The translations under genes and the position numbers were made by a program. Positions 17,941-26,058 of a stretch of DNA of 64,000 nucleotides are shown here, piece by piece. How positions within the stretch are numbered: the stretch's first letter is position 1; each line of letters opens with the position of its first letter. The stretch covers positions 9,573-73,572 of the forward strand of contig CAZFUL010000006.1 in assembly GCA_964522435.1 (NCBI GenBank). Reading direction: 5' to 3'. Under the pieces are notes generated by a model. It saw only the letters and a program-made list of their open reading frames with translations. It made no database searches and was not told the DNA's origin. The stretch is from an uncultured Gammaproteobacteria bacterium. GTDB taxonomy: Bacteria; Patescibacteriota; Patescibacteriia; Magasanikbacterales; UBA922.

Positions 17941-18558
17941 CTAAACGAGTCCTCTCTTTTTTCTTAATACCAACACGCCCATACCAACAACCCCCACAAA
18001 AAAGCCAAGCAGGGTGTTAACAATAATATTTGGGCGAACAGGAAACTGCGTCACCACAGGATAATTGACCACTTTCATGGTAACGTCTGTTCCCACATAT
18101 TCTTTTCCTTGTTGTACCAACGCATCTACCGCAGCACTCGCAAAGGCTTGTGCTTGTTGTTGATTTTTATGATACGCACTTACATTTAATACGCCAGTAC
18201 CAAAAACAACAGAAGAGGAAATCGTTTTTTCCCAACGTTTGCGTTTAATGCGTTCTTCTATATTTTGAAAACGGGTGGTGTCTAATTGGTATCCTGGCTG
18301 ACTAATGACTTTTTGATAAAAATCATTCGTCTTCATAATTTGTGTTAAATTTTCTCCAATTCGTTCAGATGATTTTACTACCGTATAAGGATCAACGCCG
18401 TAGCGAGATTGTGAGCTAATAAATACTTGTGCGTCTGCTCTATATTCCAACGGAAGTAAGAGCGTCGCAAAAAAACACATCGCAGCAACAAGAATGCCAC
18501 TTAATACAATAACTTTGGATCGACGTCTAAGAATGGTTGCTGGTTGCTGATGAAACAT
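17941..18558 (-). CDS. Wzz/YveK-like polysaccharide chain-length determinant (co-polymerase) N-terminal-domain protein
   Basis: 205 aa. N-terminal TM helix, periplasmic domain, C-terminal TM helix ending RKKRGLV. Topology and motifs resemble the Wzz family. Confidence 0.4.
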   Translation of the reverse strand: MFHQQPATILRRRSKVIVLSGILVAAMCFFATLLLPLEYRADAQVFISSQSRYGVDPYTVVKSSERIGENLTQIMKTNDFYQKVISQPGYQLDTTRFQNIEERIKRKRWEKTISSSVVFGTGVLNVSAYHKNQQQAQAFASAAVDALVQQGKEYVGTDVTMKVVNYPVVTQFPVRPNIIVNTLLGFFVGVVGMGVLVLRKKRGLV

Positions 18559-18592
18559 ACATCAAATAAAGAAAAAATTAAGTAAAAAATAA

Positions 18593-19702
18593 TTATGGAT
18601 AGATCGTTACTTCTTTCGTTAACAACAAGGAAAGTTGTTCACCGTTGCGAATCACCGTTACCGGTACGTCACTCGGTAATAAACTCAAGACTTGCCCCAC
18701 ATCAATAGTGTCAATAAATTCATCTTGAATTTTTATAATCACATCGCCTTGTTCAATAACAGTCGTTGTTCTATTCAGCACTTGGGCAACATAAAATCCA
18801 TCGTGCTCGCCGCTTGCACGGTCAACCATAAACCCACGCAATGGCAAGTCCATATACGTTGGCACTCCTTTTGCAAATAAAGATACGAGCTGCCCTTGAA
18901 TATGCCATGCACCAACAAGGGTGGTATCGCGACCAATAAATCCAACAAAGGCACCTGAGGGAGTTACCACCACATCACCAATAGCTGCGTCGCCCAACAC
19001 CCGATATTCATTGGTTACGCTCCACATTCTATATTGTGTGTCCGATGGAATACGTGTGGTGACTTCTCCGCGAGCAAGGGGCGTAATATCTTTTCTTCCA
19101 ACATTTGCAAAAATCGTGTCTTCGCCAAGTTCTTTCCAATTGGGAAAAGTAATGTCTCCTCTAAAATCATCGCCAATTAATTTTACATACCATAATCCTG
19201 GCACCGTGACATCTTGTATCGCTGTTTCCGCGCTATAGCGTTTTCCTTCAAAATCCACAAATTCCCATTGCGTAAACGAAAGCGGCGTATCTGTTACCCG
19301 ATACACGGTTGCCCATCCCCCTGCACTGAGTATGACTGCTTGGCCAAGATAGGCATTTTCTCTATACCAGTTCTCTACCTGTTTTGTTTTGTCATACACG
19401 CGAAGTAAGCGCTGTTGTGTTTGTTGCAATACCAATGGATCGAGTGGTGCATCACTGTTCACCCCGCTATGGACGCCAACATTATAAATAGTGGTATGGG
19501 GTACCACTTGTTGTGGAATAACCCAACTGGTAATCACAATTGATCCCACACCACCAACAAAAAAAGAAACAACAACAATAAAGATAAACCAATATAAACG
19601 GACCCATTGTTGTTTTTGGATATCCGTTACGAGCCGAGATGGAAGATGTGGCGCATCTTTCTTTTTTTTCAGGTCTGTTTTATTCATAGAAGTCATAGTC
19701 AA
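18593..19702 (-). CDS. Membrane-anchored protein with C-terminal PDZ-like domain (possible degenerate S1C/HtrA-like protease)
   Basis: 369 aa. N-terminal TM. C-terminal ...VGQVLSLLPSDVPVTVIRNGEQLSLLLTKEV resembles a PDZ domain. No clear GNSGG catalytic motif. Confidence 0.35.
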   Translation of the reverse strand: MTMTSMNKTDLKKKKDAPHLPSRLVTDIQKQQWVRLYWFIFIVVVSFFVGGVGSIVITSWVIPQQVVPHTTIYNVGVHSGVNSDAPLDPLVLQQTQQRLLRVYDKTKQVENWYRENAYLGQAVILSAGGWATVYRVTDTPLSFTQWEFVDFEGKRYSAETAIQDVTVPGLWYVKLIGDDFRGDITFPNWKELGEDTIFANVGRKDITPLARGEVTTRIPSDTQYRMWSVTNEYRVLGDAAIGDVVVTPSGAFVGFIGRDTTLVGAWHIQGQLVSLFAKGVPTYMDLPLRGFMVDRASGEHDGFYVAQVLNRTTTVIEQGDVIIKIQDEFIDTIDVGQVLSLLPSDVPVTVIRNGEQLSLLLTKEVTIYP

Positions 19703-19728
19703 AGTATAGCATTATTTTTACATCCCAC

Positions 19729-20514
19729 CTATACCCAGCGAACAAAAAAGATAAAAAACATAATCACTAACAAGGCATTGATAACTAAAAATGGCACTTG
19801 TTGTTTCCATTCTATGCCTCTTTTAGAAAAATGAAAGCGCGCAAAAAGCTGCAACAAATACCAACACCAGGTAACTAATAACCCTAAGGCACCATAGACA
19901 AAGGGCAGTAATCCCACTACCCAAATAATTTCTACCGAGGTAATGCCCACAATCATCACCCATAAAATAAGTGGTTTAATCGCACTTTGAAAATATAATC
20001 GCCAAATATGTACTGCTGCATAACTCAATAATAAAGCGCCCCCAAGAATAGTAATCAACGATATGAGCGTTCCCTGAAAAAATGCATGGAATGCAAATAA
20101 GGTAGTCATACCAGCATATACCGTAAAGACCCAACTCATCATAACAACACGACGAAAGGGTTTTATACTTTCCCATAACCCATCATCTTTGATATTCCAA
20201 CCAAAGAGCATGGCATACAATATGACGCTCGCAACCATGACCACGCGACGAATAATGGGCAACTCCACTACAAAAAATAATCCAACGAGACTCAATCCCA
20301 AACAAATAATAAGAGAAAATAATTGATATTGTTGTACGTATCGTGTTTTACTAAAAAAAGAAAGCCCAATAAGGGCTAACAGCCACAGACAAATAAGAGG
20401 AATAACCGTGGCCATACGCGGATATTGTTGTAATAAGAAGAAACACAACAGCGTTATGGCACCAGCAAATACGGCAATAGTGTATCTCCAGGTCGTTCGA
20501 GTAAGTACTTCCAT
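19729..20514 (-). CDS. Hypothetical polytopic membrane protein (261 aa)
   Basis: ORF with ~7 predicted TM helices. No recognisable family. Confidence 0.4.
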   Translation of the reverse strand: MEVLTRTTWRYTIAVFAGAITLLCFFLLQQYPRMATVIPLICLWLLALIGLSFFSKTRYVQQYQLFSLIICLGLSLVGLFFVVELPIIRRVVMVASVILYAMLFGWNIKDDGLWESIKPFRRVVMMSWVFTVYAGMTTLFAFHAFFQGTLISLITILGGALLLSYAAVHIWRLYFQSAIKPLILWVMIVGITSVEIIWVVGLLPFVYGALGLLVTWCWYLLQLFARFHFSKRGIEWKQQVPFLVINALLVIMFFIFFVRWV

Positions 20515-20581
20515 ATTGAGAAAAACTGGAAAATATAGTAAAAATAGTATACAATAATTTTCTCTTTATGACAAGAGAAGA

Positions 20582-21040
20582 ATGAATTATTTTATGCCTA
20601 TTTTAGCGAAAAATAAAAAAGCCTATTTTGATTACGAAATCCTCCAAACCCTTGAGGCTGGTTTGGTATTAACGGGAGCAGAAGTAAAATCGCTGCGCCG
20701 TGGTCATATTAACTTTCAGGGAGCATTTATCAGTATACAGCTAAAACATGCCTATTTGAAACAAGCGCATATTGGCCACTATCCCTATGCCGCACAAGTC
20801 CCGGGAGAAAACCCAGAACGAGAAAGAAAACTCTTATTGCATGCAAAAGAAATCGCTTATTTACGCTCAAAATTAGAAGAAAGAGGCTTGACAGTTATCC
20901 CCCTTTCTTTATATACTAAAGGCCCTCGAATTAAACTAGAAATCGCAATTGCCAAAGGAAAGAAAACCTACGACAAACGAGAAAGTATTAAAAAGCGAGA
21001 ACGACAACGAGAAGATGCTCGCATTGCGAAAGAAAGATAG
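20582..21040 (+). CDS. smpB: SsrA-binding protein SmpB
   Basis: 152 aa. ...KKAYFDYEILQTLEAGLVLTGAEVKSLRRGHINFQGAFI... matches the SmpB family. tmRNA follows directly. Confidence 0.9.
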   Translation: MNYFMPILAKNKKAYFDYEILQTLEAGLVLTGAEVKSLRRGHINFQGAFISIQLKHAYLKQAHIGHYPYAAQVPGENPERERKLLLHAKEIAYLRSKLEERGLTVIPLSLYTKGPRIKLEIAIAKGKKTYDKRESIKKRERQREDARIAKER

Positions 21041-21045
21041 ATCAT

Positions 21046-21457
21046 GGGGATGACAGGGATCGATAGACGGATCCGCTGATATTTATGTGCATACCGAGGT
21101 CGCCTGTCCTCGTTAAAAGGCAAGGCAACACACAAGTGCAAACCTTGTAAACCGAGTTAGCAACGTATTTGCCCGTGTTTCACGCGCATTTACTCCAGCG
21201 CTCGCAACCGCTGTCGCGTAATAGCTTGATAGCCATCGCGCCCACGATACTCAATAGTGGAACCGTGGTGTCAACCCAATTGAGTGTAGATAGCGGATAT
21301 CTTGCATGGGTATCCCCCATCGAAATAAACCCCATGCAGGCTCTTGTGGATGTTGCTGGTTATATACCAACAATGAGCCTCAAAAAAAATCAGCTATGTA
21401 TGTAGGACATGATATAAGCCCGGACTAGACCCGAGTTCAATTCTCGGCATCTCCACA
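21046..21457 (+). ncRNA. ssrA: tmRNA (ssrA)
   Basis: 5' end GGGGATGACAGGGATCGATAGACGG matches the tmRNA acceptor/D-region consensus. 3' end has a T-arm CGAGTTCAATTCTCG and acceptor CATCTCC pairing with GGGGATG. Internal tag reading frame ends ...ALATAVA followed by tandem stops TAA-TAG (21219-21224). Sits directly after smpB. Confidence 0.85.
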
Positions 21458-21565
21458 AAAACAATGAGCAATGAACAATAAACAATGAACAAAACTTTCC
21501 CGTTCTGCAGTTTATTGAAGATAGCAAAATTGTTAATTGTTTATTGCTAATTGTTAATTGTTACT

Positions 21566-22117
21566 ATGCGCATCTCCCGAAAAAAACGCCCGGAAAAACT
21601 CCTGATACCGGAATATAAAATGAACCAAAAAATAACCGCACCAGAAGTGCGTTTGTTAGGTTTAGAAGGAAACAACTTAGATGTCATGCCAACAGAACAA
21701 GCGATTCAAATGGCAAAAGACGATGGATTTGATTTAGTAGAAATTAATCCTAAAGCCAATCCTCCTGTTGCGCAAATCATGGATTTTAAGCAATTTAAAT
21801 ACCAAAAAGAAAAACAAGCACGAAAACAAAAGCAACAAATCCATGTAAGTGATATAAAAGGTATTCGCCTTTCTGTGCGTATTGGAAAAGGAGACATGGA
21901 AACCAAACGAAAACAAGCGGAAAAATTTTTAGAACGAGGAGATAAAGTAAAATTAGAGATTATTCTGCGTGGACCAGAACGCTTTAAAACGCCCTTAGCT
22001 TTTGATGTTATAAAAGAGTTCAATACCTTAATTCAGGCACAAATGCCGGTAAAATGGGAGCAAGAAGCCGTTCGCCAAGGCAATAAAATCACAGCAATCA
22101 TGGTAAAGGCCTCATAA
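21566..22117 (+). CDS. infC: Translation initiation factor IF-3
   Basis: ...INQKITAPEVRLLGLEGNNLDVMPTEQAIQMAKDDGFDLVEINPKANPPVAQIMDFKQFKYQ... matches IF-3. Start is ambiguous: TTG at 21551, ATG at 21566, or non-canonical as in other infC genes. Confidence 0.85.
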   Translation: MRISRKKRPEKLLIPEYKMNQKITAPEVRLLGLEGNNLDVMPTEQAIQMAKDDGFDLVEINPKANPPVAQIMDFKQFKYQKEKQARKQKQQIHVSDIKGIRLSVRIGKGDMETKRKQAEKFLERGDKVKLEIILRGPERFKTPLAFDVIKEFNTLIQAQMPVKWEQEAVRQGNKITAIMVKAS

Positions 22118-22198
22118 GCAGCTATCCCCACAGGACGGCTCTTGACGATTTTGTTTATTTCCTCTATACTACTGACACTTTCAATTGTTGACAATTAT

Positions 22199-22420
22199 AT
22201 GCCAAAGATGAAAACTCACAATGCTATTGATAAACGCTTTAAAGTAAAGAAGAAAAGAAAGCAACCAAATGGCACCAACGTCGCAAAAGTTATCAAATGT
22301 ACTGATGGCCGCGGACATTTTAATGCCCGAGAAAACGGCAAAACTAAACGAAATAAACGGTCTGATAAGACTATGTCACCAAGCATGCACAAAACCATTT
22401 TGCGTGCGATTATTGCGTAA
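22199..22420 (+). CDS. rpmI: 50S ribosomal protein L35
   Basis: Starts MPKMKTHNAIDKRFKVKKKRK... with the L35 N-terminal signature. Lies in the infC-rpmI-rplT operon. The ORF-track start at 22142 is probably too far upstream. Confidence 0.8.
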   Translation: MPKMKTHNAIDKRFKVKKKRKQPNGTNVAKVIKCTDGRGHFNARENGKTKRNKRSDKTMSPSMHKTILRAIIA

Positions 22421-22435
22421 TTACCTACCTGATAT

Positions 22436-22780
22436 ATGCCAAGAGTAAAACGAGGGTTAGGCCACATCAAAAAACGACGAAACCTGTTAAAACGGGTAAA
22501 GGGATTTGGCGATGGTCGTAAAAACCTGATTAAACGAGCAAAGACCGCAGATACTCGCGCAGGCGCACATGCCTACCGAGATCGACGTGTAAAAAAACGA
22601 ACATTCCGCCGTCTCTGGCAAGTTCGCATTAATGCAGCAGTCCGAGATGTTGAAATGAGTTATAGTGTATTCGTTGGTGCACTCAAAAAGAAACAAGTGG
22701 GATTGAACCGCAAAGTACTTTCAGAGATTGCAGCCGAAAAACCAGCCGTATTCAAAAAAATTGTTGACTTCGTAAAATAA
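22436..22780 (+). CDS. rplT: 50S ribosomal protein L20
   Basis: MPRVKRGLGHIKKRRNLLKRVKGFGDGRKNLIKRAKTADTRAGAHAYRDRRVKKRTFRRLWQVRINAA... matches L20. Confidence 0.9.
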   Translation: MPRVKRGLGHIKKRRNLLKRVKGFGDGRKNLIKRAKTADTRAGAHAYRDRRVKKRTFRRLWQVRINAAVRDVEMSYSVFVGALKKKQVGLNRKVLSEIAAEKPAVFKKIVDFVK

Positions 22781-22785
22781 CGATA

Positions 22786-22818
22786 AAACCCTGCACCAGA
22801 ACGTTGCAGGGTTTTTAT
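22786..22818 (+). terminator. Rho-independent terminator after rplT (CCCTGCA-ccagaacgt-TGCAGGG-TTTTT)
   Basis: 7-bp stem plus T-run, directly 3' of the rplT stop. Confidence 0.8.
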
Positions 22819-22866
22819 ATTCCAAAAAAAATACCCTACTTGTCCACTGACAAGTACCCTTGCTAC

Positions 22867-22895
22867 TTGACACAATGCAAATCCGGTGCTAGACT
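22867..22895 (+). promoter_or_regulatory. Sigma-70-like promoter (TTGACA-17 bp-TAGACT), preceded by palindrome TACTTGTCcacTGACAAGTA (22837-22856)
   Basis: Consensus -35 with 17-nt spacer. The upstream perfect 8-bp inverted repeat could be an operator. Confidence 0.4.
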
Positions 22896-22904
22896 GTGTT
22901 ATTA

Positions 22905-23106
22905 AAAATTTTAAGAGGTCGATAGCGTGTTCGACGTTTGAGCAACAGATGCCCCCTCCTTCATCTGTTCTGCTCACGTCGAACACCCTGTCTGCCTCAT
23001 AAAAAAGACGCTTGCTGTAGCTCGATAGAATGTTCGATGTTTGAGCGGAGGTGCCCCCTCCTTCACCTCTATGCTCACATCGAACATTGTGTCGAGCTTT
23101 TTTTTT
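22905..23106 (+). ncRNA. Candidate sRNA: two tandem ~60-nt long hairpins (22927-22986, 23029-23088), each with loop CCCCCUCC, ending in a T9 run
   Basis: The two copies are ~75% identical and differ by compensatory changes on both stem arms (cgac/gtcg to cgat/atcg; cagatg/catctg to ggaggtg/cacctc). Promoter upstream. T-run terminator after hairpin 2. Confidence 0.4.
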
Positions 23107-23123
23107 CCACATATAAAAAACTA

Positions 23124-23152
23124 TTGACAGGGAAAGATTCCTATAGTATGCT
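23124..23152 (+). promoter_or_regulatory. Sigma-70-like promoter (TTGACA-17 bp-TATGCT) upstream of small ORF
   Basis: ttgacagggaaagattcctatagtatgct. Confidence 0.35.
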
Positions 23153-23220
23153 ATCTGCACATTTTACTCTCATCATTTCTTATTCATCTCCACTGTTTAG
23201 GATTGATTATTAGACGATCT

Positions 23221-23370
23221 ATGGGATACCGCAAAAAAAACAATCAACGAGCAGCACAACAACGTATTGTTTCTCGTAAAAAAAGAAATATCAAAGCAAT
23301 TAAACGCATGAATAAAGCACAGACACCAGGCCAAGCATTACACGAAAAAATGCATGGACGAACCGCGTAA
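23221..23370 (+). CDS. Hypothetical very basic 49-aa protein (MGYRKKNNQRAAQQRIVSRKKRNIKAIKRMNKAQTPGQALHEKMHGRTA)
   Basis: Short ORF, below the ORF-track cutoff, with its own promoter. Composition resembles small ribosomal/nucleic-acid-binding proteins but has no match to a specific family. Confidence 0.25.
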   Translation: MGYRKKNNQRAAQQRIVSRKKRNIKAIKRMNKAQTPGQALHEKMHGRTA

Positions 23371-23454
23371 TAGTTGACCGTTAACAAGTAACAATTAACG
23401 CTTTCAGCGTCTTCCTCGTTAATTGTTATACCTTAACTGTTACCAGTTATGCGT

Positions 23455-23530
23455 GGACCGGTAGTTCAATGGTTAGAGCACCGCCCTGTCACGGCGGAAG
23501 TTGCGGGTTCGAGCCCCGTCCGGTCCGCCA
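23455..23530 (+). tRNA. tRNA-Asp (anticodon GTC), CCA encoded
   Basis: Acceptor GGACCGG/CCGGTCC. D-arm GTTC-AATGGTTA-GAGC. Anticodon stem-loop CCGCC-CTGTCAC-GGCGG. T-arm GCGGG-TTCGAGC-CCCGT. Discriminator G plus CCA. Confidence 0.9.
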
Positions 23531-25168
23531 ATCATCTAAAACTGGGGTAACAACCCTAGTTTTTGTTTTCATTAAGCCAATTTCTTTGGTTATAGTGACT
23601 TTTTTCTTCCGATTGTACTCAATTAGGTAGAGATGTGGAGATTTGGCTGTATAGAGTACAGTTTGATCTTTGAGTACAGGGTTATAGTAAAAAAATTGGA
23701 ACATATCTCTTTTCTCTTCTGGGGTTGTTCCATAAAATCGGTCTTTGATGTTTTTTACAAAATCGAGATACGAAACGCAGGCTTCATACCAAACTTCTTC
23801 ATTTTTTTCTGTTACTCCCATTTCATCTTGTATAAGCTGCCTTTGTTTCGTTAACATTTCCTTCTGATACTTAAAATCTTCAATACTCAATAAATCCCCT
23901 TCTTTATTCTCTGGAGATATTTTCAGACTTACGAGGTTCTGGAACTTTGTCTCAATATTTTTTAATTCAGCAGTCTGTTTCTTCCGTTTTGCATTGTACA
24001 TCTCAACTTCTCCCGCATTTGTTTTATTTATCTCCTCAATAGCAAGCTCATAAAACTCTTCATCTATTTGTATATCTTCTAATAGGGCTTCGAGCTGTTT
24101 GTCTATCTCTGTTTCGGGTGTATATGCAATACCCTTACACTTCATGCACCTATAATAGACATGACCTTTTGCAGTAAGGGCTGATATATTTTTGCCACAC
24201 TCACCGCAAGCCATACTATTTGTATACCTGTAATAGTTCTTTGCGGAATGTGGCTTAGATCGCAATCCTAAGGCCTCTTGAGTGCGGTGAAAAAGCTCCT
24301 TTGTGATGAGTGCTTCATGACGAGTTTCTTCCGGTAACTCATCCGGCTCTATAATACTTTCCTTCCATGGAATAGCTCCATAGTAGAATGGATTTGTTAA
24401 TATTCTATGAATTGTCTGCTTACTTAACATCTTCTTGCTTCTGGTTGCGATAAGTCCCCATGACTCACTTTCTCTCCTTAGATGTGCAAGTGTGTACTTC
24501 CCAGTGGCTGATAAAATAAACAACTTTTTAACCAATGGAGCAATAATCGGATCTTGCTCGACCCGCTTCAAACGATGCCTACTCTCTTCCAGCACCGATT
24601 GCTTCTCTATCGTAAAACGCTTCCCTGATATCTTCCCATCCTTGTCTATATTCAAATAGCCTAATGGTGCATTTGACGGGTACTCCCCCTTCCTCAGCTT
24701 GGCCTTTATATCTCTCTGTACGAAATTACTTGTATCATCCGATGATTTTTTTGACATGGCCAGCTGAAGAGCCATAATAAAACCATCGTCACTATTTTTG
24801 TCGTATATTTTTTCTGGTGTACGAACGACATGTATCTCCCCCGTGTGAAGTTTGTGAAGCAACACTCCTGTATCAAGTGCATTCCGAGAAAGCCGAGATA
24901 AATGGCAACATAGGATCGCATCGGCTTTTCCCTCCTCCAAAATTTGGAGCATTCTCTTAAACTCTGGCCGACCAGGCGAATATGCAGATGCTGACTCCTC
25001 AAAATCAGCAATAATATTCAGATTGTGTCTCTTACATAATTTTTTCAAAACATCATCCTGAGAACGCAAACTCAATACCTGCCTATCATTTTCCTCAGAA
25101 GACTTTCTTTTATAGATAACATAACGAAGTTTATTTGGATCTAATTGTTTCTCTTCGTCAAAAAACAT
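23489..25168 (-). CDS. Large serine recombinase (integrase); 3' end overlaps tRNA-Asp
   Basis: 559 aa. N-terminal resolvase-type catalytic domain (YKRKSSEENDRQ... with nucleophile Ser). Central recombinase domain. Zn-ribbon (CGECGKN...YYRCMKCKG) and coiled-coil region as in large serine recombinases. Last ~14 codons are encoded by the complement of the tRNA 3' half. Confidence 0.85.
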   Translation of the reverse strand: MFFDEEKQLDPNKLRYVIYKRKSSEENDRQVLSLRSQDDVLKKLCKRHNLNIIADFEESASAYSPGRPEFKRMLQILEEGKADAILCCHLSRLSRNALDTGVLLHKLHTGEIHVVRTPEKIYDKNSDDGFIMALQLAMSKKSSDDTSNFVQRDIKAKLRKGEYPSNAPLGYLNIDKDGKISGKRFTIEKQSVLEESRHRLKRVEQDPIIAPLVKKLFILSATGKYTLAHLRRESESWGLIATRSKKMLSKQTIHRILTNPFYYGAIPWKESIIEPDELPEETRHEALITKELFHRTQEALGLRSKPHSAKNYYRYTNSMACGECGKNISALTAKGHVYYRCMKCKGIAYTPETEIDKQLEALLEDIQIDEEFYELAIEEINKTNAGEVEMYNAKRKKQTAELKNIETKFQNLVSLKISPENKEGDLLSIEDFKYQKEMLTKQRQLIQDEMGVTEKNEEVWYEACVSYLDFVKNIKDRFYGTTPEEKRDMFQFFYYNPVLKDQTVLYTAKSPHLYLIEYNRKKKVTITKEIGLMKTKTRVVTPVLDDWRTGRGSNPQLPP

Positions 25169-25349
25169 ATAATAGTATTATGAAATCTATAATCAGACAA
25201 TACCGAAAAAAATGGATTAAGTCTACTTTTTTACAGTCCCAATTTTTATAAATCTGATCAGATGACCAAATAATTCAAGAGCCTCTTGCTTCGTCAGCAG
25301 GATATTATACTTTCTTTGATACAATTCAATGTATTTTTTTAGACCTTCC

Positions 25350-25955
25350 TCAGTAATCATATCCAAAACCCAAGGATGTAATCATTTCAACAAGCTCATT
25401 ACTTAATCTCAATGTTTTTTGAAAACCTTTAGTAGGCCTTCCACGGTAGTATCTTTTTTTCATCTGTTTATTAAGAGTATCCAATTTCTGCTTCTTCCAG
25501 AACATCTTTTGTATTAAATATGTCAGACTCTTTGAGTTACATGTTCTAGTCTCATACGTTAGTCTATGACACTCATGGCATCCAAATTTACCGTCTAGGA
25601 AATAAAGACTTGCTATTCTCCTATCACATTCGCAAACAAACCATCTTCTAAACCCACCAAAATAGCATGGCGTTGAAGTGAGGTTTATATAACGGTATTG
25701 TAATACCCACTCTCCACTTTTCTTGTAAGAACAATATATTTTAAGCCCTTCGTTCCCGAGTTGATCTACTCGAAACTTAGGAATGAATAAGACTCTCTTA
25801 AATGGAAAGCCCCTATCCATCCGGTAAGTAACTTCAATTTCTCCTTCTTTATTCTTTTCAAAAACAAGCCTACTTATTGGTAAACAATCTATCTGACCTG
25901 TTGTTTTCTTTGGGTTTGGATGGTAGTAGGTCATACACTTTAAAGCCGAAATCAT
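25350..25955 (-). CDS. Hypothetical protein with Cys4 zinc-ribbon-like motif (CECDRR-x13-CHECH)
   Basis: 201-aa ORF (possible start MTYYHPNP at ~25934). No recognisable family. Confidence 0.35.
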   Translation of the reverse strand: MISALKCMTYYHPNPKKTTGQIDCLPISRLVFEKNKEGEIEVTYRMDRGFPFKRVLFIPKFRVDQLGNEGLKIYCSYKKSGEWVLQYRYINLTSTPCYFGGFRRWFVCECDRRIASLYFLDGKFGCHECHRLTYETRTCNSKSLTYLIQKMFWKKQKLDTLNKQMKKRYYRGRPTKGFQKTLRLSNELVEMITSLGFGYDY

Positions 25956-26058
25956 TAGAGATAGAGTGCTTTTTTCACAGTTTATTTACGTTTTTCTTTA
26001 CAGTAACAAAATAAAAAAAGACCGTCGTTACGGTCTCACTATTTCTTGTTACTTCTCA

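Noticed and set aside
21169-21405. 78-aa ORF
   Set aside because: Entirely inside the tmRNA gene.
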